Assembly (NCBI GenBank): GCA_951406725.2
Contig: OX597826.1
Span: 32,798,001-32,862,000 of the forward strand
Direction: 5' to 3'
DNA: 64,000 nucleotides
Source: Octopus vulgaris
Lineage: Eukaryota
The position numbers were made by a program, and so were the translations under genes. Position 1 is the stretch's first letter; the number at the start of each line of letters is the position of its first letter. Shown piece after piece: positions 1-11,836 of this stretch. Under the pieces are notes generated by a model. It searched no databases and was not told the origin of the DNA. It was given only the letters and a program-made list of their open reading frames with translations.

Positions 1-723
1 AGTGCCCCAGCATGGCCACAGCCGTAGGGAACATATAAAAGTATATAGCTTGAAGACAGAGATATGTTCCATCTATTTGATGTACCAACAAACTTTGTGC
101 TTCAAGAAACTTTTTGTGTCAAAGTCTCCACTAACCAATGTTATAGAACTCAACATAATATTCCCTGCTGCCAACAAGTTTTATAGAAGAAAAGTTTAGC
201 CCACAGCAGACTGGAATTTCAACCTAGTTCTGCTTCTTGCTTGGAACCATTTCTTTTCATTGATGCCATTAGTAAGAGAAGAAAGACAACGATGACCGTA
301 TATTCTCATTTCACTTTCTCTAAAGATTATGAACTTTTAAGCTTAGTGCAAAAGAGAACCAACAACACCCAACATTGTTCTTTTCCAGGAAATTGGTAAG
401 ATGCCAACCAAAAGACTAAAATGAACCTATCTAGATAATTACAATCAATTCTTTTTAAATGTTATGTCCCATCAGACTTAAGTACAAAATAGATTTTCTC
501 TTCACAGTGCAGAATATCTAGATTCTTTTGACAATTAATATTCTCACTTCATTAAGACAATAATGAACCAGACAATAGGTATAGAATAGAAAAGACACTG
601 TAAATAAATAAATATACAAGAAAATTACATAACGTGATAGATAATTAGTTTAATTAATTGTATATAAGAATATAGGACATATGAATTAATTAATTAATTC
701 TGGGTAAAAATATTATCTGTAGA

Positions 724-814
724 TTTGTTCTATAATTGTTTCAGAATTATGCACCTCTTGTGAGAAAATATGCATTTAAAAAGGTAAGGATTGCAATTTA
801 CTTCATAAAACAAA
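724..814 (-). ncRNA. Degenerate minimal type-I hammerhead ribozyme relic
   Basis: Minus strand: helix I ttgttt/gaacaa; eroded core (tatga); helix II aaattgca...tgcataatt; GAAA-C-AATT-(A)-TA, one change from the helix III palindrome ACAATTGT. Confidence 0.4.
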
Positions 815-889
815 CTTAGTAAACTTAGAATATGAAGAAGCAGGGTGGGGTCTCTCTCTCTCTCTCGCTCTCTCTCTATCTATCTCTCT

Positions 890-974
890 AAGGTGGTGAG
901 CTGGCAGAAATGTTAGCACTCTGGATGAAATGCTTAGCGGTATTTCGTCTGTCGTTACGTTCTGAGTTCAAATT
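890..974 (+). mobile_element. tRNA-headed SINE family 2, 5' part
   Basis: aaggtggtgagctggcagaaatgttagca...gttctgagttcaaatt (A-box/B-box-like head); the same head recurs more than 12 times in the window. Confidence 0.8.
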
Positions 975-1012
975 ATATATATATATATATATGTATGTAT
1001 ATTGATGTATGA

Positions 1013-1081
1013 ATGGCACCTTGGCCAAAAGTCTTCTACAATAGCCTCAGGTTGACCAAAGCCTAGTGAATTGATTTGGAA

Positions 1082-1135
<54 letters not shown>

Positions 1136-1345
1136 TTGTCTTCCCATTACTATTTAACAGCTGGTGTTGGTGTGATTATATCACTGTAACTTAGCAGTTC
1201 AGCAAAAGAAAATGATAATATAAGTACTAGGTTTTAAAAATAAAAAAAAATTCCTGAGGTCGATTTGTTTGACTAAAAACCCTTCAAGGTGGTGCTCCAG
1301 CATGGTCGCAGTCAAATGCCTGAAACAAATAAAATAATAAAAGAA
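1013..1345 (+). mobile_element. tRNA-headed SINE family 1, 5'-truncated
   Basis: Matches the 44061-44470 copy (ggcaccttgg..., internal (TG)n, ggtgctccagcatggtcgcagtcaaatg tail). Confidence 0.8.
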
Positions 1346-1732
1346 TATATATATATATATATACACACATGCATATACACATACACGCACACACATACAT
1401 ACACAAATACACACAGATATATACACAAGCTGTAATAGTTTAGTATCTCTCTTCTTTTCCTAAGTTCAAACTCTTCTGAGTGAAATTATGTCTTTCATTC
1501 CTCTCAGGTTAATAAATACCAGTAATTCATTGGGTTAATTAAAGAATGTAGACCTCTTCTCTGTTGACATATGACCTTGCACACAGCTGAAAGTAAGTAA
1601 TCAATGTATTTATGTCATTATTCTTAAAGAAGTATGTTTAATCTGTGGTAAGCTCTTTGATTAGTTTATACACCCTGTTATTACAGTAATTTTACATTGA
1701 CTCACAACCAATCAATATTACAATGGACAATA

Positions 1733-1934
1733 AGGCGACGAGCTGGCAGAATCATTAATATACCAGGCAAAATGCTGACAGGCATTTCATTCTGAGTTCA
1801 AATCCTGCTGGGATCGACTTCTCCTTTTATTCCTTTTGGGGTTGATAAAATAAATGCCAGTTGAGCACTAGGGTCGATATAATCAATTTGTCCTCCTCCC
1901 CAAAATTTCAGGCCTTGTGCTGATAATGGAAAGA

Positions 1935-1982
<48 letters not shown>

Positions 1983-2490
1983 TTAAAGGTGGCAAGCTAG
2001 AAGAATTGTTGGCATGCCAGGCAAAATGCCTAACAGCATTTTGTTTATCTTCACATTCTGGGTTCAAATCCTGCCAAGGTCAACCTTCTTTTTCATCCTT
2101 TTGGGGTCAATAAAATAAATGCCAGTTGAGCACTGGGGGTCGATGTAATCAATATGCCCCCTCCCCAAAATTTCAGGCCTTGTGCCAATAATGGAAAGGA
2201 TCATTATTATTATTATTATTATTATTTTAAAGGATTATCATTATTATTGTCTTTCAGATTTTAGGGGTCAATAAAATGAGTCCCTGTTGAGCACTGGGGA
2301 TCAATGTAATTGACTTGGCACTCTTCTGAAATTGCTGGTTTTGTGCCAAAATTAGAAACTATGGAGGATGGGCAGAATTCTTAGGGAATATTTTGTTGGA
2401 TTTGGTTGTGGTTTATTATATTCTAAGTTCAAATACTGCACTGGTCAACTTTACCTTTCGTCCCTCCAGGGTTGATAAAATAAAAACTAC
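1733..2490 (+). mobile_element. Head-to-tail cluster of about four SINE family 2 copies separated by (ATT)n
   Basis: Repeated ttctgagttcaaat...ttttggggtc/tgataaaataaatgccagttgagcact...aaaatttcaggccttgtgc blocks at about 1733, 1988, 2255 and 2365. Confidence 0.8.
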
Positions 2491-2527
2491 TGATGATTTC
2501 AAATATTCCTTTCCCTTATACCTGCTG

Positions 2528-2696
2528 ATATTCTATTATGTCTGGGGAGAGTTATTCTCTTTTAAGGCCTTACTGGTTTGGTTTCCACTTATTTACTTAT
2601 TAGAAAAATAAATAAATGAGTGGAAATCGAACCAGTGAGTGTGTTAAGGTATAAGGCACTAAAAGAGAATGACTCTCCCCAGACACAATAAAATAT
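2528..2696. repeat. Fold-back inverted repeat (arms about 75 and 90 bp, 5-nt spacer)
   Basis: tgtctggggagagttattctctttt...ccacttatttacttatt is the reverse complement of aataaataaatgagtgg...aaaagagaatgactctccccagaca, apart from a ~15-nt indel. Confidence 0.85.
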
Positions 2697-2820
2697 ACTT
2701 CAACACGCGAATTCACATAAAGAATCTTGCAAACTAAATCCAAAAGCAAAATGTGTTTTGGGGGTCATTATTGCTGAATTTTTTAATAACTCTTTATAAT
2801 CTTTGGTTCAGAAAATAATA

Positions 2821-3718
2821 ATGGCAGACCCTCAGCTTACTCAAGAAATGAAGAGGCATGCTGTTATTGTGGTTATAAAGGCTGAGCATAGCAATTTACA
2901 AATATCTCGATTTTTAAAAGTGTATGGAGCTAGAGACTGATGATGGAAACGCATCACCAGTATCAAAGCATAAAAACTCTCTCAATGCTCTGAAATCATC
3001 AGAACATCCAACAGACTATAGATTACAATCCCAGAATGTTCATGAGGTCAATTGCAAAAGATCTCCATGTGTCAGAAGAAACAGTCAGAAATAATGTCCA
3101 TGAAGATATCAGATACAAGTCTTATGTGATGAGGAAAGGTCAATTTGTCAGAAAAAGTAAAAGAAAATCACTACATCAGATTTAAAGGAGCAAAGCACTT
3201 TGAATTGTTACCACCTAATGTAACAATCAATGCTCAAGTCTACTGTTAGCAATTAGAGCATTTGAACCAAGGCTCTTAAACAAACAGAAAAACCCAGCTG
3301 AAGAAAATTTGATTTAGTGAATCGAAAAAGAATGATGTTCATCAGGACAACGTGTGACCCCACACTGCACAGATCACATCACAGAAGGTCGAAGAGCTTG
3401 GTTGGAAAAAAATTCCTCATCCATCTTATTCTCCCGGCCTTGCTCCTTCAGACTACCATTTGTTTCAAAGTTTACAGAATCATTTGGGGTACATAACTTT
3501 CACAAGCCAGGAAGAGGTCGAAACTGACATTTCAGAGTTCTTTGTTTTGAAACCAAAAGAGTTTTACGTTAATGGGATTAAAAAGCTTGTAAATAGATGG
3601 AAGGAAGTCACAGATAATCAGGGAAAGTACATTGATGATTAAATTTCAATTAAATATGACATTCGATCACTTGTTTTCTTTATTCAAAATTCGGACAGAA
3701 CTTATGGGATGACCTGAT
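2821..3718 (+). pseudogene. Dead Tc1/mariner-superfamily transposase: mosaic of a maT/DD37D-like N-terminus and a mariner DD34D C-terminus, with a mariner 3' TIR
   Basis: MADPQLTQEMKRHAVIV...MRSIAKDLHVSEETVRNNVHEDIRYKSYVMRKGQF, then HFELLPPNVTINAQVYC*QL...HQDN...HPSYSPGLAPSDYHLFQSL...RWKEVTDNQGKYIDD*. Ends in cagaacttatgggatgacctgata. Contains stops and frameshifts. Confidence 0.9.
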
Positions 3719-3731
3719 ATATATTTATATA

Positions 3732-4062
3732 AGACCCCCTTCAGTCATGAGTAATCATAGGATTGTACCTAGAAATTTCGCCCCTAGGCACAAGTCCAGG
3801 CAAGGTTGTTTATGGAAGACCAGCAGTCGCCCATGCATACCAGCCACCTCTGTCCACACCACTGATTTTATCCAAAGGAGGGGCAAAGGCGCCAATACAG
3901 CTTGGCACCAACAACACTGCAGCTCATTTCTATAGATGAGTGAGCTGGAGGATCATGAAATAAAGAGTCTTGCTCAAGAACACAACACACAGCTTGGTCT
4001 GAGAATTGAGCACACAACCTCATGATTGTGTGCCTGTCACTCTAACCACTGAGCCATGCACC
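3732..4062 (-). mobile_element. tRNA-headed SINE family 3 (CORE-like centre)
   Basis: Minus strand: ggtgcatggctcagtggttagagtg (A box), B-box-like ctcaattc, then tgtgttcttgagcaagactctttattt. Confidence 0.7.
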
Positions 4063-4118
4063 TTTTTGGTGGTGGTAGTGGTGACAGTGGTAGCAGTGTT
4101 GTATATATGTTTGTGTGA

Positions 4119-4160
<42 letters not shown>

Positions 4161-4164
4161 GTAT

Positions 4165-4199
<35 letters not shown>

Positions 4200-5265
4200 A
4201 CAACAACAATCTCTGTCAGTGCCACAAATAAGTAGTACATGCACCGCTGCGATAAACATCATTACCACCACCAATACCACCACCACCATCACCACAAACA
4301 CTAGCACCATCACCATCATTGCTGCCACTACCCATCGTTGACTAGCGACCATCACTGGCAAACTTAGCACACTCAACAACACTATCACTGTTACCATCAC
4401 CACCACCACCGCCGCCACCACTACCACAACACCAACCACCACCACCACCACCACTACCGCCACCATCACCACCACCACTGCCACCACCACTACCACCACC
4501 ACCACCACCTTCGAAGATGAAGGAATGTAAACTGATTACCCTATGATTATATCCTTTACATATTGTATATTGATTGGTTCAACTCCCGAAACCAGGGGGA
4601 AAAATGGATGGCATGGGTATCTAAAGTTTGAACTGAGTGACACACTGGATGAAGGGAGGCGAGTGGGGCGGGCGAGGCGGGGAGAGACATTTAGGTCAAG
4701 ACAATAAATTTGGATAATGTTTAGAGAAGAACACAACAGAGGGAATGGAAAAGATAATGTGCCACCACCACCTCCAGTTTCATCTACACCACTCCATCTT
4801 TAAAGTCATCATCATCATCACCACCATCATCACCATCATCATAACCGTCATCAATAATTGTGCATCTAATTATCAGCAACTCCACATCTAAACATCAATA
4901 CCAGCATTTGATCCTACTTTCCTCCCTCCCCCATTCTGCACCTTTCCCCATCCTCCTCCTCATCATCATCATCATCATCAACCCCCACCATCATCATCAC
5001 TTTCCTCCTCCTCCTCCTCCTCCTCCTTATCATCATCATCTGCACTACTGCAACTATCAGTAGTACGTTGTCCGATCATTGCCACCACTGCAAATACTAC
5101 AACACCTAGACAACTACTGCTTCCATAAACTACACTAATATCACACTCCACAACAACAACAGCAACAACACCAACATCACCACGATGTCGATACAACAGC
5201 ATCGACACAAATGTCACCACCACCACCAACAACAACAACAAAAATAGCATCAACAACAACATGTT
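4200..5265. repeat. Degenerate (ACC)n/(ATC)n/(AAC)n trinucleotide tracts
   Basis: Visible directly; these give rise to the poly-V/T/H ORFs. Confidence 0.9.
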
Positions 5266-5904
5266 TTGCAAAAAAGGATTAAAGAATAAGTTTTAAGGCT
5301 GGTGAAAGTGCATTACTTCTGATGGGAAATGTGTGGGGTCGTACCTTTAATTAGAGGAAGAATTACTCCACCAACCTTTGCAATTTAAATAACTTATGTG
5401 AATTAATGAAAAAAATCTTATTCCCAGTTTTGCATTAGATTTGGTAAAACTCTTACACATAAGTAAGTTTCTTTAAATTCTGAGTTCAAATCACACCAAG
5501 ATATTAGTTTTCTTTTTATCTTTCTGTGTTTTGCGAAATAGGTGCCAGTCATCTTCTTGTTGATGGCTATTGACATTAAAAAATTTGCTTCTCACCTGTG
5601 TGGAGTTTGGGCTCAATTTTACTGTGTAACACCTTGAACAAATGTCTTGTATTATGTTCCAGGTCAATTAATGTCTTAAGAGTGAATCTGGAAGATGAAA
5701 CCATAGGAAACCCATCATATCTGTACACACACACACACAAACACACACACACACTCACGCACACACACATGCGTGTATATGTGTGTGTGTGTCATACTGA
5801 TGGTTCATAAAAGAATGAAATGGTACTTTGATACAAAGTTCTCACATTCTCACATTCCAGGTTCCAACTCAGTTGGTACTTCTGCTACTAACTGCAGCTT
5901 ACTG

Positions 5905-6105
5905 ACAGAGAATTTAGTGATGAAGGGAAAAGAAGCAGAGGAAGATGAGTGATACGAACATCCAGCTTATTGAACTGGTTGGATGAAAGAAGCATTAAGC
6001 ATCAGAAAGTGGAACTGTTACAGATAACAAAGAACAGAGAATGGCAGGACATGATTGCCTATGTCTTACATTCTGCAAATGGCACCTATAGAAGAAAGAA
6101 GAAAA
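5905..6105 (+). mobile_element. Old RTE-clade LINE 3' end
   Basis: GKRSRGR...ELLQITKNRE.WQDMIAYVL..GT followed by an (AGA)-rich tail; frameshifted. Confidence 0.5.
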
Positions 6106-7147
6106 AATGGTACTTTACATGATTAGAAAAGACTAAACATTTTAAGCCCGTGATAAGAAAGAAAAAATATGTATATTTTAGGCATCTTCCTTATCTCCTA
6201 ATTTCAGATTGAAACTTCTAATCCCACCAAATATTATGAAGAAATAATTATCTCCCTTGTACTAACACTCCACTAGGGAACCCTATGCGCATATGTATGT
6301 GTGTGGGTGTGTGGTTGTGTGTATGTGTGTATGTGCAAATGTCCATAAATGTTGATACCCCACACTCACATGAGTGAACGTTTGAGTAAGATGGTGATTT
6401 GTTGGGGATATTCTCTGCTGACATTGCAACAAGCCACTCTCTGCTTTTGAAGATCTGTGGAATATAAAACCCATTAATTATAAAATGGTAAAGGGCAGTG
6501 ACAGAGAGTAGGTTGCCATCCAACCCATGCTAGCATGGAAAAACAGATGTTGAACAAGCAAACAAATAAATGAACCACCCTTTCAAATATTTTAATGTCA
6601 GAATCGAAATAAAATATGATGAGTGAGAGATGTTAACGATCTGAAACAGCTATGGAAATGTTTATGGTTTTTTAAATAAAATTAAAAGCAAGTGTGTTAT
6701 TTATCGTGCATGTTAAATATATAGTTTGTTATGTGCAATTCCAGTATGTTGGTGCTTCAAAGAAATCAGAGTAACAAACCCCTGTCTCCTTCTGTTAGAT
6801 TTAATATCCCTTAATTTTATTTTGACAAATATGAAAAATATCCAGACAAACCACTTGTGAATGTAACTCATGGTTTGGAAGGTTGCTGGAAATATTATGG
6901 CGAAAAATTATTAAAAACAAAAAAAAGAAAAAAACAAATACAAAATGAAACAGAAAAGTAGTCATTTTAGCTTCTTTGCTTCGGTGTCGTACACTTACAG
7001 AAAATAAATTCTGATGCTACCTTAATATAAAATGGTACAAAGTTATGTTTTGCAGGCATTAAAATGTTTGTTCAAAGAACTTTTACAAATATCTAGATTT
7101 TACAGACCCTGTCAGAAGAACAATGCCAACAAGCCAGAGATCACAGA

Positions 7148-7148
7148 A

Positions 7149-7182
<34 letters not shown>

Positions 7183-7213
7183 CATTCATACACATGTGTG
7201 TGTACATACACAA

Positions 7214-7245
<32 letters not shown>

Positions 7246-7246
7246 G

Positions 7247-7297
<51 letters not shown>

Positions 7298-7534
7298 ACA
7301 TGTGTATGTAATATATATATACAATGAGGTAGAAAAGTGAAGGAAAGAAAGTTAAGCAAAAGTGTGCAAAACTCTTTGAAATCTACTTGCAGAAAAAAAT
7401 ATGAAGATCAATTGCAGAACAAAGAGCATTGGCAAATAGTAATGCTATAGACTTGGCACCATAATAAGTTATGGGTTTGTGGATTTTGATAAGAGAATAT
7501 TCAATAGGCAAATACATATACATACATACATACA

Positions 7535-7570
<36 letters not shown>

Positions 7571-7784
7571 TATAAATATATACATATATATACATACATT
7601 TATATATATATGTGTGTGTGTGTGTGTATGTATATATATATACGTACATTTATATACATATATTTATATGTATATATATATATACATATAAATATATACG
7701 TATATATATATATATATATATACATACATACATATACATATATATATATATAAATATATGCACACATATATATACATACATATA

Positions 7785-7820
<36 letters not shown>

Positions 7821-7926
7821 TATGCACATATATATATACATACATATATGTGCATATATATATATGTGTGTGTGTATGTATATGCAGGTATTTATCTGTA
7901 TGTGTGTATGTATATGCATGTATTTA

Positions 7927-7976
<50 letters not shown>
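7148..7976. repeat. Compound (ATAC)n/(AT)n/(GT)n microsatellite field
   Basis: Visible directly. Similar fields lie at about 13.2-13.85, 32.4, 38.8, 39.5, 43.4, 49.5 and 60.1-61.5 kb. Confidence 0.95.
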
Positions 7977-7977
<1 letters not shown>

Positions 7978-8718
7978 AAGAAAATCTAAAGACAAATGGT
8001 AGCTAACCACGTGATTATTGAGAGCTTTAAAGCAATACAATAAAGAGCACTTTTATCTCTGCCATGAAGAAAGTGTGGTCAGATTATATATGACGAGAAC
8101 TGCTTACAGCTGCAATGGTGATGACAGATACGATATGAGCCAGTGTATTATTTATGCTCCAATTACTTGGAGGAGGAAGAGGTGGGGAGGAGGGGAGGAG
8201 AAGAAACACAATAAAAATAAAATAAAGTATGTAAAAGAAAAATTATTAATTGAAATAAAATAAGATAATATATGGCTTATTTACTTTCTGCTGAGTTTAT
8301 TTCTAGTTAAAGTACATGATTCATGTTTGGAGGGAATATGGAACAGCTTAGTAAAATATCAGTAAGTTTCCTGATAAATTGGAAATATGAATTTGTGATT
8401 AGGACAATGTTCGACAGCTGGTTCTCTCTGAAAAACTTTGCAAGAATTTTCATACGTTGATAGGTGTCGACATGGCTGTGTGTTTCTCAAGTATGTGGCT
8501 TTGAATTCAGACCCATTGCATAATACCATGTGAAAGTGTTTTCTTTATCTTCAGGTTCACCAAAGCTGTGTGGCTGGATTCGGTAGATGGAAACTGAAAG
8601 AAGCCCTTTGCATATATATATATGTATGTATGAATATATATACATATATATATTCACCATGATAGATCACTAGTCACTAAACCTTTTTCTATTTTCTCTC
8701 TCTGTTTATTTCTGTGTT

Positions 8719-8756
8719 TCTTTCTGTCGAAGAGCGTAGGCTTGAAACGTAAAGGA
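8719..8756 (+). ncRNA. Minimal type-I hammerhead motif (A6U core variant) in a ~180-bp repeat relic
   Basis: tcttt-CTGTCGA-a-gagc(gtag)gctt-GAAA-CG-TA-aagga: helix I, helix II and the ACGT palindrome are all present. Confidence 0.6.
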
Positions 8757-8842
8757 GATTCTCACTTTCCAAGCATTAAACAAATACATCTGTTTGTCGT
8801 TTACATACCTGTCTTCATCTTTTGTTCTTTTGTAAATTCTCA

Positions 8843-8895
<53 letters not shown>

Positions 8896-8897
8896 CA

Positions 8898-9149
8898 CAG
8901 GGTGGTGGTGCAAAGGTAGGTATACAATTATTTAAAAAAGAAAATACGTACAATATTCATTTATTTTTATCAAAAATATTAAAAGTTAGCCTCATTTTTT
9001 TATATTTTTAGTGTCATCAAGCATAATAATGCATTTATCTTAACTGTAATATTTCTTTTAGCGTAACTTTTAATTGTTTTGATAAAAATAAATGAGTATT
9101 GTACGTGTTTTCTTTTTTCAAAACTGTATACCTACTTTTGCAACCCCTG
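8898..9149. mobile_element. Tc1/mariner-type MITE with ~90-bp TIRs
   Basis: cagggtggtggtgcaaaggtaggtatacaat...aaaagtta versus taacttttaa...ctgtatacctacttttgcaacccctg, followed by TA. Confidence 0.85.
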
Positions 9150-9181
9150 TATATACAAATAAGAATAGATGGATTGTGGTT

Positions 9182-9268
9182 CACTACAACTATTTCAGAC
9201 ATGTTTTTTTACTGATGAATAGAGGTGTTACATCATTGAAAACAAAGAAAATCTGTTTTCGTCAGATG
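9182..9268 (-). ncRNA. Degenerate type-I hammerhead with long helix II
   Basis: Minus strand: cat-CTGACGA-aaaca...tgtct-GAAA-TAGTT-GTA-gtg; two C>T changes from the palindrome ACAGCTGT. Confidence 0.5.
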
Positions 9269-9456
9269 TAAGAATTAAACATTTTAAACATCTCAATAAC
9301 AAGTGAAATGTGCCATTTTGACTCTCCACTTGAATCCTGAAATTATATATATATAATATAAATAATATATACATATATATGCATATACACATATAATATA
9401 AATAATATATATATATGCATATATACATACGTATATGTACATACTTACATTTATAC

Positions 9457-9525
<69 letters not shown>

Positions 9526-9952
9526 TATGTGGGCACAGGACATTATGAAATGTGTACAATAAAAATTACGAAGTACAAGTACATGTAATATGAACTATTT
9601 TTCGAACAACGAAAGACACAAATGGAAAACAAAACAAACAACATAAAGAAAGACCCTTCATCAGTTGTTGGCTGTTTTTCTACTCTCGTATTTTGTGCAT
9701 TTAACAGCAATATACACTTTCAATAAAATAGTTGCTCCCGGAAAGCAAATTAAATAAAATTTGGGATTTTGCAGAGGGTCAAAATAGGTAACACAAACAG
9801 GACAGTGGAAACAAACAGGAAGGACTGCCATGCCTAAACGTAGTTGTGGTGACAAACTCATAAATCAAGCTTGGACAGGAGACAGACAAGGACATGTCTC
9901 CCTTTTTCCAACTACATATATTATTGTTATTATCATCATCATCATCATTATT

Positions 9953-10175
9953 AAGGTGGAACCGTTAGCATGCTGGATGAAATTCTTTACAGTATTTTGT
10001 CCATCATTATGTTCTGAGTTCAAATTCTGCTGTGGTCGACTTTGCCTTTCATCCTTCTGGGATCGATAAATTAAGTACCAGTTACACACTGAGGTCGATG
10101 TAATCGACTTAATCCCTTTGTCTGTCCTTGTTTGTTCCCACTATGTTTAGCCCCTTGAAGGCAATAAAGAAACAA
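9953..10175 (+). mobile_element. SINE family 2 with alternative (...gcaataaagaaa) tail
   Basis: Family 2 head and centre (gtcgactttgcctttcatcc...gataaattaagtaccag), then tttgttcccactatgtttagccccttgaaggcaataaag. Confidence 0.8.
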
Positions 10176-10655
10176 ATTATTATTATTATTATCATTATTA
10201 TTAATTTTCTGCTTTCTACTTTGTTTCCAGTTCTTACCGAGTGTCTTCTTGACACCTATGGTAAAGAAACTCACTGTATACATTGGCATAAACACCTTCC
10301 ACACTGCAATTGTTTTTGTTTCAGCACATGGTCTCAGATAAGGTCACTTACTATGCAAGTACATCTCCGTAATTTTGTCATTTCATTATATGGAAACTCC
10401 AAGACTATATATGTATTGTCTCCCCCATCCTTTGCCCTGGTGGCAAATAAAAGAAATCACTACTACTACTACTACTACTACTTCTGCTGCTGCTGCAGTT
10501 GTAGTGGTAGTAACCACCACCACCATCATCATTATTCAGTAGCCTCATTTTTATCACATGCTTTCACAGCACAACTGAGCGCAGCTCTGTGTGTCTTGGG
10601 TAAGTGCTGTGGTTTGTTGTGGTGCTCTTATTATTACTGTATTGAAAGTATTTTA

Positions 10656-10709
<54 letters not shown>

Positions 10710-10739
10710 CATCATCATTATTATCACCATCATCATCAC

Positions 10740-10829
<90 letters not shown>

Positions 10830-11646
10830 TGTTATCATTGTTATTATTGTTACTAAGAAGCTTCATACGTGTTTCCAATGTATCACCAGGTGCATTTTAT
10901 GTTTTTGAAGTGCTTATAGTATTGTCTTTTATTTGGAGTGGAGGCCAGTGAGAAGACACTCATATGCTTCGTCTAATTTGCTGTGTTGTGAAGATTGGTT
11001 TCGTTGCTTCTCTCGTTGTTTTAGAGATTTATATCCAAGATATGATTTGTAAAGTAAGAAATGCCATTGTATGAGTGGAGTTTGTGTTGTGTATGGGGAG
11101 TGTAAAGATGTTGTGTGTGATTAACCACCGAGAGATCATTGTTCAGAAAGTCTATTCAGAGCTTATGTCATTCAAAGTATCTTTACATATGATAAGTGCT
11201 GTGCCTTGAGGGTTTCATATTTTGGGGACCACATGTAAATGTGATGGGTTCCAGCATATTTTTTGCTAAATATTTTTGTTTTCTGTTATTGATTTTTTTC
11301 CAAATCATATCCATTGCAGCAATATCGTTATTAAAAATAAAACACGAAATATATCGTTATTGTATTTAATTTCCTATTACAATATTGTACAAATCTAAGA
11401 AATCAAGCTAGCAGAATTTTTAACATGTGCATGTGTCTTTGTGCATGTGTTTTCACCCCACCACCACTTGATGTTGGTTTGTTTATATCCCCATAACTTA
11501 GTGGTTCAGCAAAAGAGAATGGACAGATAAGCACCAGGCTTTAAAAAGTCCTTGGGTTGATTTGTTTGATTGAAACCCTTCAAGCCAGTGCCCTAGCATA
11601 GCCACAGCCAAATGACTGAAACAAGTAAAAGATAAAAGAAGATATG

Positions 11647-11836
11647 TTATTTACATTTGATGGATTTTTGTCCTCATCTTGCTTGCTTTTAACACGTTCA
11701 AAATTTCCCCAAGACATCTGATAAAGGCTGGAAGGTATACATTGTGTTAACAACAAACAAGATGAGGACAAATATCCATCAAATATAAATAATCTAAATA
11801 ATGTACATAATTCCTTGTTTCTTAAATATAGAACTG
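11647..11836 (+). mobile_element. HHR-bearing short element (family A), 3' part with inverted 5' arm
   Basis: 11647-11695 is the reverse complement of 11744-11792; between them is gacat-CTGATAA-aggctg (HHR partly deleted). Homologous to the copies at 19891, 24844 and 52067. Confidence 0.8.

Noticed and set aside
4655-4686. GC-box cluster (ggggcgggcgaggcgggg) as a promoter
   Set aside because: Isolated 30 bp within low-complexity sequence, with no CpG island or downstream gene.
6620-6660. atgatga..agatgttaacgatct-GAAA-CAGCT: hammerhead-like relic
   Set aside because: Core and helix I are too degraded to call.
9530-9910. Minus-strand CTGATGA at 9658-9664 within a probable repeat
   Set aside because: I could not build helices I-III around it, so it was not counted as a hammerhead.
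10860-11320. Possible LINE C-terminal (zinc-knuckle) relic on the minus strand
   Set aside because: Motif similarity is too weak to assign without a profile search.
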